A program made the translations under genes and the position numbers. From contig JANJGN010000724.1 of NCBI GenBank assembly GCA_026770705.1, forward strand, positions 124,001-188,000: a stretch of DNA of 64,000 nt. Reading direction: 5' to 3'. Positions 37,801 through 50,043 of the stretch are shown here, one piece after another; the first letter of the stretch is position 1; every line of letters begins with the position of its first letter. The notes beneath the pieces are model-generated. The model had not been told where the DNA came from and did not search any database. It saw nothing but the letters and a program-made list of their open reading frames with translations. Source of the stretch: Isurus oxyrinchus. Lineage: Eukaryota.

Positions 37801-40800
37801 ACAAACCATTGGTCTTTAACTGGTAAAAGGTGACTCCTGACAGGCAGTACATCCTTAATACTGACTCTCCGACAGTGCATCATGGACTCATAGACTCATA
37901 GACACTTACAGGACAGAAGGAGGCCATTTAGCCCACAATATCCATGCTGGTCAGCAACTACCTCCCCAAGTGAATTACCTCACACTTTTCCAGGTTGAAT
38001 TCCATTTGCGTCGTGATCATTCCCCCTATATTTAAGTCCAATTCATTTATATACACCACAAACAGCAAGTGCCCCAGCACTGAGCCCTGTGGAACCCCAC
38101 TGGAAACAGACATTCAGTCACAGAAACATCCCTCCACCATCACCCTCTGCTTCCTGCCTCAGCCAATATTGGATCCAATGTGCCACTTTGCCTTGGATCC
38201 CATGGGCTCTTACTTTCTTGGCCTCTCTGCCAAGAGGCACCTTATCAAAAGCCTTCCTCAGCCCATGTCGACCACAACAAAGGCATTACTCTCATCAACA
38301 CTCCTGGTTACCTCCTCAAAAGATTTGATCAGGTTTGTCAAACATGACCTTCCCTTAACAAATCCATGCTGAATATCCCAGATTAATCCCTGTCTCTCCC
38401 AGTGCAGATTCATTCTGTCCTTCAGAATTCTTACTAGTAACTTCCCCACCACCGAGGTTAGACTGACTGGCCTGTAATTTCCTGATCTATCCCTTCCTCC
38501 CTTTTTTAATAATGGGACAACATTAGCCATCCTCCAGTCCTCTGGCACCTCACCTGTGGCCAGAGAGGATTTGAAAATTACTGCCAGGGCCCCTGATATC
38601 TCTTCCCTTGCCTCCCTCAACAGCTTTGGATTCATCTCATCCAGGCTTGTGGATTTATCCACTTTTCAGGCCACTAAACCCACTAGTACCTCCTTTCTCC
38701 GCGTTAATTTCCTCTCATATTTCACTGCCCTCCACCCTGATGTTATACCTGCATCATCCTTTTCCATTGTGAAGACTGATGCAAAGTATTCATTGAGGAC
38801 TGTACCCACGTCTTCCAGGTCCACACACACATTACCTCGATAGTCCCTAATCGGCCCCACTCTTTACTGAGTTATTCTCCTGTTCTTTACATATTTAAAA
38901 AACCCCTCTGGGTTTTGCTTTATTCTACCCACCAGTGCTTTCTCATGCACTCGCTTATCTTTCCTAATGTCCTTTTTCAGTTCCCCTCTGCACTATTTAT
39001 ACTCCTCTAGGGACTCTGCTGTATTGAGCCCTCAGTATCTGCCATAAGCTTCTCTTTTTTCTCAATCCTAACCTTTATGTTCCTTGTCTTCCAGGGTTCT
39101 CCAGACTTGGTCTCCCTCTTTGTCTTTACAGGAAGATATCTGCTCTGTACTCTCGCTATTCCCTCCTTGAATGCCTCCCACTGCTCTGACACAGTTTTAT
39201 CTGCAAAGAGCTTCTCCCAGTCCACTTGGGCCCAATCATATCTCATCTTAGTAAAATTAGCCTTTCCCCAGTTTAGAATTTTTATTCCCAGCACAAACTT
39301 ATCCTTCTCCATAAATGTCCTAAATCCAATTGAGTTCCAGTCACTATCTCCCCTACTGATACGCTTTCCAACTTCCCCGGCGCTTTTCCATATATTAGGT
39401 CCAGAACTGTCCCCTCCCTTGTTGAGCTTTCTATGCACAGGCTAAAAATCTTCTCCTGGATGCAACTTCAGAATTTTTCTCCCTCCCTACCTTGCTCACT
39501 AAAGCTGTCCCAGTTAATATTTGGGTAGTTAAAATCCCTGAGTATTACTGCTTTGTTATTCTTACACATCTCTGAAATGTGATCACATGTTGGATTGTCC
39601 ATCTCTCCCTGACTGTTTGTTGGTTTTATATCTTGAGTCTATGAGTTCACTGGTTGATTAAATTCGAATTGCACTGCTTCACATACACTTGTTAGTTGAT
39701 AAAAACAAAAAAACTGCAGATGCTGGAAATCCAAAATAAAAACAGAATTACCTGGAAAAACTCAGCAGGTCTGGCAGCATCGGCGGAGAAGAAAAGTGTT
39801 GACGTTTCGAGTCCTCATGACCTCAGTTCTGTCAAAGGGTCATGAGGACTCGAAACATCAACTCTTTTCTTCTCCCCCGATGCTGCCAGACCTGTTGAGT
39901 TATTCTTAGCTGATGCTCGCTATCAATAACCAAGAGAGACCGACATTAGAACAAGCTGATTATTTATTGTAACAGAGGGCAGAGCACTAAATCCTTGCCT
40001 GCTCCCACAGCCACCTCCAGCTCTAGACTTACAGTTAACCAGTGGCCCACACTGTCCAGTGATTGGTCAGTACTGTCACATGGTTTATCCACTTGTATTC
40101 TCTTAAAGGTACCTGGCACTCCACATTATCACAGGAGGCCTATAGTACACACATAACAGCGTGTTTGCCTCCTCAGCACTGACCCTTCTACAGTGCAGCA
40201 CTCCCTCATTACTGTCTCTCTAATAGTATAATGATCCCTCAGTAGTGCTCCTCCAACATTGCACTGGTCAATCAGAACTGACGCTCTGACTGTGCAGTTT
40301 TACCTCAGCAGTAACCCTCCTACAGTGCAGCACTCCCACAGTACTGTCCCTCCTACAGTGCAGCACTCCCTCAGGACTGACCCTCTGACAGTGCAGCACT
40401 CCCTCAGCACTGAACCTCTGGCAGTGCAGCACTCCCTCAGTACTGACTCTCTGACAGTGCAGCACTCCCTCAGTACTGACCCTCTGACAGTGCAGCACGC
40501 CCTCAATACTGAACTGAAGTGTCTGCCTGGATTACGGGCTATGTGGTGAAAGAACCTACATTGACATCACACTTTTCACATTCTCAGTGTCTTTCAAAGT
40601 GCTTCACAGTCAGTGTAAGTTAACTGATCTGTATTTGTTTTTAGACGCACCACGGAATCTCTCAATTACTTCTCCAGATATGATGAACGCTTCATCGATC
40701 AATATAATTGAGGGGAATTCTGCAGTGATAATCTGCTCTGTCGAGAGCTTCCCAGCTTCTAACCTGACGTGGCGACATCTTAATGTCCCAATGAACAGAA

Positions 40801-42770
40801 CAAGTTCCAACAATGAGCTATGGTTGGTGATTCCTCACGTTACATCCAGGGACACTGGAGAATATCAGTGTGTGGCAGAGAATGAACATGGAGCAGTGGA
40901 GGGGTTCCTAACCATTACTGTGGAACGTGAGTGTACACAGACTTTAAAATTTCTCTCATCTCCGAACACATATACTCAGATGCTCTCCCACGCACACACA
41001 CACAAGCACTCACAAATGTACAGACCCAAAGTGCATGCACACACACAATCCCACACTCATGAGCACACAGAAAGACACACTCACACACTAACACAGTAGT
41101 ACACACTTCCCTGTGAGTTACCTGACCTCCCTCAGTACTGCACTGGAGAGTTCTCCTGGATTCTGGGATATATGTTCCCATTCATATTTATCGAAGAATA
41201 TCCAAATTACAAAGTCTATTCCAGAAACTCACATGCACAAAGATTCCAACTGATACTCCCCACCTCTCTGTGTATCTCTCTCCTCCTTTAAGAAGCTTCC
41301 TAATCCGTAACTCTTGCCTGTCCTAACTCCTCCTTATAATGCCCTGTGTCAAATTTTTTGTGTATCTGAGAGAAAGGGAGAGATACGGAAGTTTAGGAAG
41401 GGATTTCCTGTTAGTGAAGAGCTTACTTCTTTTTCTCACCTTTCCAGTGTTCAGTTTTGCCATCATGTCCAATGACCCTGTTTATAATGGGGGCATCCTA
41501 TGTAAACGTCACACTGTCTTTACATCCTCCCATCAGTGGTGGCACTGTGGTGCTTAAGCTTGCACCTCCCAGCTTTTCAGCCAACTTCACTTCACAATTT
41601 GCTACATATGGTGTAAGTTCATCGAAAGTAACATATATCAAACGGTAGATTTGATAATACAGTTTATTGAAAGGTTCATCCGCGCTCTGGGAAGGGTTTA
41701 CACTCTCCAGGAAGCAGGAATAGGCTGGATGTTGGGGAGTTCATCTTTTCCCAGAGAGTAGGGATACTCGGGAATGTGCTGTCAGTGGGTGTGGTGGTTG
41801 CTGTTTCTCTGTTGCCTTCAAGAGGGATCTGGAGTGGTTACTGACTGGGGGAGAGATCATGGAAGCGGAGAATGATACAGCACAGGAGGAGGCCATTCAG
41901 CCCATTGTGCCTGTGCCAGGTCTTTCAATGTTCTATCCAATCAGATCCACTAACCACCACTCCACTTTGCCCCCACCTTCTTCCTTCAAGTGTTTATCCA
42001 ATTTCCCTTTTGAAAGTTCCTGTTGAATCTGCTTCCACTGCCCTTTCAGGCAGCACCTTCCAGATCACAAGAACTCGCTCTGTCAAAACAAATTCTCCTC
42101 ATCTCCCCCTCCGGTTCATCAATCTGTGTCCCTCTGGTTACCGACCCTCCTGCCCCTTAAATACATTGATACTGTTCAGCTCGACCACTCCCAGTGGGAG
42201 CGAGTTCCACATTCTCCCCTCTCTCTGGGTAAAGATTGGAACTGTTTATTAAGCGGGGGGTGGAAGTTCATGGGGGAGTCCATCTCGATCCTGCCTGATT
42301 TGCACACGCGTCCGAGATGGATTTCCACCCTGCACTAAACGTTTCCAGAATTTTCTACAGCACAATCCTGTACACAGCGATGGAGAGAAACATTGGACAG
42401 GGAGTCCAACAGCACAATGATCCATTCTCACCAATGTTCCACGCTAAGGGGAAAGTTCCGATTGTCCACTCTTAGAGTGTTTACAATGAAAACATTCATT
42501 CCACATTGAATCCCAGTGGATGGGTCAATATTACAGCAAATGTTGCAGTGATATGAAGCTTGATTGTTCAGCCAGAGTGAGAGATTGAAAGCGGAGAGTC
42601 AGTGATGATTTCTTTCTGTGTGTTCTCTAGACAGTGGAGGAGAGATTCTGCACGTGATCCTGATCCTGGGAATACGAGCTGTGATATTCCTTGTGGCTGT
42701 GGTTATCACTATCGCTGGAGTCTGTGTCTGGGAGAGACAAACAGTGACAGGAAGTCGACAGACTGTTTGA
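34801..42770 (+). CDS. Siglec-like activating receptor, copy A, intact: join(34801..34840,35733..36101,37417..37713,40645..40926,42631..42770), 375 aa; signal-V-C2-C2-TM(Arg)-short tail
   Basis: Five exons with GT/AG sites and phase-1 introns sum to 1128 nt with no internal stop. V-set shows the Siglec Cys pattern (SCVQMRC, GDCSL) and YFFRIE; the first C2 has the extra Cys (SCTFNTTC); the second begins YAP; TM is ILHVILILGIRAVIFLVAVVITIAGVCVW. Confidence 0.9.
35733..36101 (+). CDS. Copy A Siglec V-set Ig exon
   Basis: tctctccccag| acceptor and g|gtaagt donor, 369 nt; B-strand Cys pair, C-strand Trp, E-strand Cys, DAGPYFFRIE. Confidence 0.93.
37417..37713 (+). CDS. Copy A first C2-type Ig exon
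   Basis: gttag| and t|gtaagt, 297 nt; DKPTI..VSCTFNTTC..LTW..LSCRV..LTVQ. Confidence 0.92.
37890..40170 (-). mobile_element. CR1 LINE ORF2 fragments in copy A intron 3, with nested insertions
   Basis: PEDWRMANVVPLLKKG..NYRPVSLTS..QHGFVKGRSCLTNL. Confidence 0.9.
39700..39905. mobile_element. Palindromic short interspersed element (related pieces at 17042-17192, 24240-24335, 7310-7400, 28905-28952, 52600-52735, 61450-61585)
   Basis: ctcagcaggtctggcagcatcg...gtcctcatgacc followed by its reverse complement; possibly Penelope-derived (inference). Confidence 0.65.
40170..40510 (+). repeat. 33-bp minisatellite array in copy A intron 3
   Basis: Tandem units. Confidence 0.9.
40645..40926 (+). CDS. 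Copy A second C2/I-type Ig exon
   Basis: tttttag| and c|gtgagt, 282 nt; YAPRN..EGNSAVIICSVESFPASNLTW..DTGEYQCVAENEHG. Confidence 0.93.
42631..42770 (+). CDS. Copy A transmembrane/short cytoplasmic exon (HSGGEILHVILILGIRAVIFLVAVVITIAGVCVWERQTVTGSRQTV*)
   Basis: ttctctag| acceptor, in frame with the previous exon, hydrophobic stretch containing Arg, TGA at 42768-42770. This frame is not shown in the ORF track. Confidence 0.85.
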
Positions 42771-42899
42771 AGCTTTGTACAGCAACAATCTGGTCAGTCA
42801 GTGCGGACAAATAACGTGTGATGTTGGGTTAAATAGTAAAGAAACTGGTCAGTGTCCTGGTTAGAATCACCTTCGTATCAGAGAGGCATTCCAGCACAG

Positions 42900-43490
42900 T
42901 GGGAGCCCATTCAGCCCATTGAGTCCATGCTGTCTCTCTGTAGAGCAATCCAGTCAGTCCCATTCCCCCGCTCTATCCCTGTATCCCTGTGAGTTTATTT
43001 CCCCTCAAGTGTCCATCCAATTTCCTTTTGAAATCGTTCATCGTCTCCACTTCCACCATCCTCGTAGGCAGCGAATTCCAGCTCATTACCACTCGCTGTG
43101 TAAAAAAGTTCGTCCTCACATCCCCCCTCTGCCCAAAACCTTCAATCTGTGTCCCCCAGTCCTTGTCCCATCAGCTAATGGCAACAGCTTGTCTTTGTCT
43201 ACATTATCTAAACCCATCATCATCTTGTACACCTCGATCAGATCCCCCCTCAATCTCCTTTGCTCCAAGGAGAACAACCCCAGCTTCTCCAACCCAACCT
43301 TGTAGCTAAAATCCCTCATCCCTGGACCCATTCTGCTCAATCTCCTCCCCACCCTCTCAAGGACCCTCACTTCCTTCCCAAAGTGGGGAGACCAGAACTG
43401 GACACAATACTCTAGTTGTGACCTAACCAGAGCTTTATAAATGTTCAGCATAACCTCCCTGTGTTTGTACTCAATCCCTCGATTTATGAA
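42900..43490 (-). mobile_element. CR1 3' fragment in the Siglec 3' UTR; duplicated with the gene at 55600-56200, 30561-30820 and 25460-26060 (+)
   Basis: LEYCVQFWSP..LGLFSLEQRRLRGDLIEVYK, near-identical in four places. Confidence 0.9.
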
Positions 43491-43847
43491 AAGCTTATTC
43501 TTTCCATCAGCACAAACAGCAATTTCCAAGCGGACTCCCATCAGCAGACAGAGTGCAATGAAACATCGGCATGCCTGCTTCTTAATGTACGGAGAGAAAC
43601 CTGGAACGAGAGATTCTCCTTCTTCTCCTCAGCAAGCTGAAACTTTTCCTTATACCTGGTGCTCCCCAGTCCTGCTGTGTGGACACATCATAACCACGGC
43701 ATTGTCTGGCTGTGTGCAGCCAACATGGTCGAATAGGAATGAACAGAAATGTGACGTTGCTAAACTCTGTTCTCTGATTGGAATGTGCTTTCTGAATGCT
43801 GCACCTTTTTCATGCTGCGATAGATTGTAAGAAGCATTTGGGTTATG

Positions 43848-43853
43848 AATAAA
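43848..43853 (+). terminator. Candidate poly(A) signal AATAAA for copy A
   Basis: About 1.1 kb after the stop; same motif at the equivalent position in copies C (~56557), F (~31179) and E (~25100, minus). Confidence 0.45.
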
Positions 43854-44197
43854 ATTACATTGATTAACACAAGTGATTAAAATGTTCAGCCTGTTCTGTA
43901 GATACTTATGGATTAAAATTCTTATTTTGCTGCCAGATTCTTGGCTCAAAGACATTACTTCATGTTGTCACTTTTTCCAGTCAGATGAATTCCTGTGCCC
44001 ATCTTTATAATGGAAATTTTCAATGTAAACATGTCACATTGCAGCTGCACACAATTGCCAGTAGGTGGTGTGATATCAAAGCTGCCTTGCTGCTCAGAAA
44101 GAGAGAGAAATATTCCTGATAAATGCATGAACTTCATGTGTGCATCAGACACAGGCATCAGATGCAATTTTGTGCAATTTGTGCAATGTATTTTAGA

Positions 44198-44900
44198 CAG
44201 TGCAGCACTCCCTCTGTTCAGACCCCCCAACAGTGCAGCACTCCCTCAGTTTAGACCCTCCAGCAGTGCAGCATTCCCTCAGTTCAGACCCTCCGACAGT
44301 GCAGCACTCCCTCAGTTTAGACCCTCCAGCAGTGCAGCACTCCCTCAGTTCAGACCCTCCAACAGTGCAGCACTCCCTCAGTTCAGACCCTCCAGCAGTG
44401 CAGCACTCCCTCAGTTCAGACCTTCCGACAGTGCAGCATTCCGTCAGTTTAGACCCTCCTACAGTGCAGCAATCCCTCAGTTCAGACCCTCCGACAGTGC
44501 AGCACTCCCTCAGTTTATACCTTCCAACAGTGCAGCACTCCCTCAGTTCAGACCTTCCGACACTGCAGCACTCTCTCAGTTTAGACCCTCCAGCAGTGCA
44601 GCACTCCCTCAGTTCAGACCCTCCAACGGGTGCAGCACTCTCTCAGTTTAGACCCTCCAACAGTGCAGCACTCCCTCAGTTCTGACCGGCCGACAGTGCA
44701 GCACTCCCTCAGTGCCAACACTCTGACAGTGCAGAACTCCCTCACAGCTGTCCCTCAAACAGAGCAGCACTCCCTCGCTGCTTATCCTCCATCAGTGCAG
44801 CACACCTCAATACTGACGCGCCAACAGTGCAGCACTCCCTCAGTACTGACCCTCTAACAGGGTAGCACTCCAACAATACTGACCCTCCGACAGTGCAGAA
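44198..44900 (+). repeat. 33-bp minisatellite array (gttcagaccc variant)
   Basis: Tandem units. Confidence 0.95.
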
Positions 44901-45565
44901 CATGCTTAGTATTTCTCCTCCAACAGCATTTTTAAATATAAACCCTCAGAGCCATGGTAGAAATTTGAAGTTAACAAACAGCAAACAGAAAGATCACAGA
45001 GTCATGATGAATTGCCAACAGTTTGATTCTGTTGTAACGCATTGTGAAATTACGCACTCATTCCTAATGCCTGTTTACTCACTCCTTTACTACTTCCTCA
45101 TTTTGTCTCACAGAGACACATCAACCCTTTCTCATTAAATACACAGAGGGGGCAGCACAGGAAGAGGTCATTCAGCTAAAGCAGAGCGTGTGGGCAGTTC
45201 CTCCCCAGGCGAGCAGTCGGACAGGTCCTGGGTAAGTAACGGAACGATTGGAATTCACTTCCACGACCAACACCGTCCTTTGTTGATGTTGTGACTTAAT
45301 AAAGACAGATTCCAATGATTGATGCCTTTGAAAGATTTCTACTGATTATTGAGATCAGGGTGTGAGGCTCAAGTCTGTTGTACAGAAAATCTTTCTAGCT
45401 CAAGGGATGAGGGAAGTGCAGAGACATGAGCTTGGGGGCGTCCTGAGGTGGTGAAAGGTGCTATAGAAATGCAAGTCTTTCATTGTTTTTCTTTCTTAAA
45501 GCCTTGTAACTCTCTGCAGAGCAACTATCATCCCACAGAGAATCAAATTAGTCTGTGAAGACATT

Positions 45566-46202
45566 GGGCTGAATTTCCAGCCTGTCGAGCGGGTGGGCCT
45601 GACCCAATCTCCAGCGGGCGGGGAGCCAATCCCCACCGGAGAAGCGGGACCCGCCGCCATTTTAAGTGGGCGTGCCAATTAAGGCCCACCCAGCGTGATG
45701 TCCGGCGGGAAGGGCTATGCCCTTCCTGTGTGGGCCGGGGGTGGGGGGTGGGGGTGGGGACATTCCCCAAATGCGTGAGTGCGCTCTGTCACACATGCGC
45801 ATGATAAAGCCCACATCACCCTGAGGCTAAGTGCTGCCTCAGGGAGATCGCTGAAAGGTTTTCAAACAATCAAAATAGAAAAATAAAAAAATCCTCAACA
45901 TGTCCCCCTCACGTGACAATGTCACGCTAGATGGGACATGTTAATAAACTGCACCAAAACTTGAATAAACTCTTTTAAAACCGACATGAGTCCTCGTCCC
46001 GCCGGTGGATGAGGTTTCATGTTTTCTCTAGTTGTCGCTGGAGCTCCTGCCCTGCCCACCAGCCTTAAGGTTGGACCGGCAGGTCGGTTCATTGTTTAAA
46101 TGTTCCTGTCAATGGCTTCAATTGGCCATTGACAGGTCGGCGGGCCCTCAGCTGATTTCACTGCACGCCTGTCTCCTGCTCACCGACAGCGAAACTCTGC
46201 CC
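45566..46202. mobile_element. PIF/Harbinger-like MITE, 637 bp
   Basis: Imperfect TIRs gggctgaatttc / gaaactctgccc and a 3-bp ATT duplication; empty site gacattgtct in copies A, C and D. Confidence 0.8.
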
Positions 46203-46321
46203 ATTGTCTAAAAGCAGTTCTGATCTCTGGAGAGCTGTCGGACAAGAGGTGAGGTCTCATTAACTCCTTTGTTTTTCACAGCTTGAGAGTGAGAAGCTGA
46301 TGAAATATCTGCGAGTGGACA

Positions 46322-49164
46322 ATGATCTTACTTCCTCCTGTCACTTCTCCAAGGTAATATCATCGTCAGCTCGGACAGATTTATGGTTAATAGTCTTTGT
46401 AAAAGATCATTCTTATTGAGCTGTGATTGGGAACCGATTCAGCAGTGAGCCAGTGTACAAACTCACACCAAGTCCCATTCACCCATCACCCCTGTGATCA
46501 CTGATATACACTGACTCCCTGTCTGACAGCAACAGAAAATTAAAATCCAGGTCATCCTGTAGAAATCCCTCCAAAATTTTGCAACTCTCCCTATCCATGT
46601 TACCTCCTCCAGCCCATACCAACCTCCCTATCCCTGTAACATCTTCCAGCACATATATTACTCCCTACCTCTGTAACCTCGCCCTGCTCCTACAATCCTC
46701 CCTATCTCAGTAACCTCCTCCAGCCCCTACCACTCTCCCTAACTCTATAACCAACTCCAGCCCCTATATCCTTCGCTATCTCTGTTAATTTCTCCAGCCC
46801 CTACAAACCTCCCTTTCTCTGTAACCTCGTCCACCATTACAACCCTCCCTATTTCTGTAATCTCCTCCAGTACCTACAACCCTCCGAGATCTCTGCACTC
46901 CTCCAATTCCAGCATCTTGACCATCCCCCGATTCCCATCATTCCATTATTGGCGGCCGTGCCTTCAGCTGCCTGGGCCCCGAGCTCTGGAATTCAAAATC
47001 AAAATTCAGGGATGAATAAACTCCAATAGTCCATTCCCTGAGAGGCCATGATTACATCACAGCAGCATTCAGAATAGACAGAGGGTCCAGCCCTCACACT
47101 TCTTGCACAGTTTCACCATAATGAAATGAATTAACTGAAAGGTAAACCGTCAGTGTAGAGAGATGAGATATTTACACAGTTTCCCTGTGTATCTTGTAGA
47201 CACTGTGTTGGGTGGAAGACTGGCTTCACTAAACAGGGTCCTGAGGACCATGAGCCAATGTAGAATGAAGTTGTCCACTCCTGTGTCCAGGATTCTCTTC
47301 CATCCATTGTGAAAACTTGGGGAGTTCCTTGTGTGTCCTGTAGATGGTCCACACTGCAGCCACTGTGCCCCAGTGATGGAAGGGGTGGATATCGAGTCTA
47401 GTGAAGCTACAAAACATCCAGAGTTAAATATTGATATTTCTCTCCCCAGTTGGACTGTCACAAGAGTGGAAAGGTGACACTCCACGAGAGGTGATAGCGC
47501 AGGAATATTCGTGTGTACAGATTCCATGTCATTACAGCTACCCATCGTGTCTGGAAAACCAACTGCAAATTGGAATCTGATTTAATGACAAAGTCTTGAT
47601 AAGATTCTTTATAGCCTTTCACTCCAAGGATAATAATCGCGAGTTACCACTGTTCCAACATCGGACCCGGCTGTCTGGAGACCTGAAAGATGGTGACTGT
47701 TCCCTGATTATAAACAACATCAGACGGGAAGATGCAGGACCTCATTTTTTCAGCATAAAATTTGACAATGGTCCGAGCCATAACTATTACCCTGTAACCC
47801 AGCTTCACGTTTCTGGTAAGTGCTGTGTTATAATTACTCAACAATTCACATTCAACACTCAATGGGAATGAACACAAACTCTGACGTTTACATAATAACA
47901 CTGTTATGACATGGCAGGTGATGTGTGCCAAGTGGAGAGAATCCACAAAGGGAACTTGGCCAAGCATAATTTCCAACTACACACCCCCTTGAAGGCAACA
48001 ATCCCAATAAATCTTAAATGGAAATGGGAATCCGGCAAGGTTACTGCAGCACCCACTTGACAGTGTAATTCCAAAGTCTTTTAACACACCTTTAAGTACT
48101 GGAGCAGCAAAAGTGAACAGAAACGTTTTACCCAAGGCTGCTTCACCTACTGTACCTTTCAAGAAATTCATGTCCCCCTCCCACATAACCTTCCATCCTT
48201 CTTTATGTTGGTTTCTCTCTCTCCAATGTATAAAATCCCATTGTTGCACCTTTCTTGGGAAATACACTTTTCCCAAAATATAAAAATCTTTCATGTTGTC
48301 AATATGGCCCATTCCTTTTGGGAAGAATACACATAATAACCTTGCCCTGGTTATCTTGTTAATTATAAACACCCAACTACCCTTTGACAATCAAACATTC
48401 TCTTTACTGATCTAAAATTTCATTTACAGCTTTTCTGTGGAACCCTCATCCTAGCTTGTCCATCCCCATTTCAGAAGTCTGCTTTGCACCAAACTCTATT
48501 GATAATTTTAACCTCATAGTTGATCTGACTCAAATTCAATTAAATCAGACCCACAGACGGAACCATCCACATTCATTCCCATAAGCCGACAATATTATTC
48601 TGAAAAATATCATAGTTTCATCACAACATAAAACACAGTTTAGTATAACGCAGAGTCTGATTCTCAATAACCTGGTGATAGCTTCCATTCAGTCCAAAAG
48701 CAACCTCTAATACTCACTTTAATATCAATGATTAAATGTATTGAATGTGTCCATCAATGTTATCAGGTCATCCACTCCCATCTATCTCTAATCTTAAGGC
48801 TGTGATTTCTATTTGAACTGATGCTTCACGTTATATTTCTCTAAAAGGATCCATTCTCTGTCTGTTAGATTTCACAGATAAACCCACGATATACCCTGCT
48901 GAAATTATTGCAGGAAAGCGTGTGGATGTAAGCTGCACCTTCAACACAACGTGCAATGGAACAGCAGCACCTGTCTTAACCTGGGACATCCCACTGACGT
49001 ACCTGGATCAGTCTCAAACACTGTAACTCAGCATGGTGTCACTCTGACCTATACTTCTGTTCTGACCCTGATCCCATCACTCAAACACCACGGACACACT
49101 CTCAGCTGCAGAGTGAGATATCCATCTGTTTCATCGGAGCGGACCCTCGTACTAACTGTGCAAG
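46322..49164 (+). pseudogene. Siglec-like copy B pseudogene (signal 46322-46353, V 47450-47815, C2 48869-49164; no further exons)
   Basis: 8-nt deletion in the signal exon, Trp TGG>TGA at 47578-47580, essential Arg>Ser (HFFSIK), 1-nt deletion in C2, truncated at a minisatellite array. Confidence 0.9.
47902..48625. mobile_element. LTR-like insertion, 724 bp, specific to copy B
   Basis: TG...CA ends, flanks acac/acat; empty site in copies A, C and D. Confidence 0.75.
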
Positions 49165-49379
49165 GTAAGAACGGACACCCTTCATTATACATTCGCTGGA
49201 ACAGTCTAGATGACGCACAGCCGGATCCCATAGAAAGGTATTCTGATGACAATCAGATAATCTGTTTTTTAAAGAAAATGGTGACCAGAATACAATTAAT
49301 AACAGTTTCTGAACATTAACATAGGGGCTTTTATGTCCAGCCAAGGGGCTGATAGAGCAGAGCAGGAATCGCAATGTAC

Positions 49380-50043
49380 TCACCCCCTGACAGTGCAGCA
49401 CTCCCTCAGTACTGACCCTCTGACAGTGCAGCACGCCCTCAATACTGAACCTCTGACAGTACAACACTCCCTCAGTACTGACCCTCCGACAGTGCAGCAC
49501 TCCCTCAGTACTGACCCTCTGACAGTGCAGCGCTCTCTCAGTACTGACCCTCCAACAGTACAACACTCCGTCAGTACTGACACTCCGACAGTGCGGCACA
49601 CCCTCAGGACTGACCCACCGACAGTGCAGCACTCCATCAGTACTGACCCTCCAACAGTGCAACAATTCCTCAGTACTGTCCCTCTGACAGTGCAACACTC
49701 CCTCAAAACTGTCTCTCCGACAGATTAGCACTCCCTCAATACTGTCCCTCTAACAGTGTAGCACTCCCTCAGTACTGACCTTCCGAGAGCGCAGCACCCC
49801 CTCAATACTGACCCTCTGACAGTGTAGCACTCCCTCAGTACTGATCCTCCGAAAGTGCAGCACTCCCTCAGTACTGTCCCTCTGACAGTGTAGCACTCCC
49901 TCAGTACTGACCCTCCGACAGTGCAGCACTCCCTCAGTACTGTCCCTCTGACAGTGTAGCACTCCCTCAGTACTGACCCTCTGACAGTGCAGCACTCGTT
50001 CAGTCCTGACCCTCTGACAGTGCAGCACTCCCTCAGTACTGAC
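49380..50043 (+). repeat. 33-bp minisatellite array
   Basis: Tandem units. Confidence 0.95.

Noticed and set aside
41872-42252. 126-aa ORF MIQHRRRPFSPL... repeated four times
   Set aside because: Antisense reading of a CR1-like tail in a duplicated intron
34801-42770. Assigning a gene symbol such as SIGLEC14, CD22 or MAG
   Set aside because: The architecture is similar, but orthology cannot be established without phylogeny and synteny
42602-42814. Cys-rich ORF MMISFCVFSRQW... from the track
   Set aside because: It is an alternative frame over the TM exon; the splice phase selects the hydrophobic frame
43441-43830. 129-aa ORF conserved four times (MFSITSLCLYS...)
   Set aside because: Conservation reflects recent segmental duplication of the 3' UTR; it starts in antisense CR1 and has no recognisable domain
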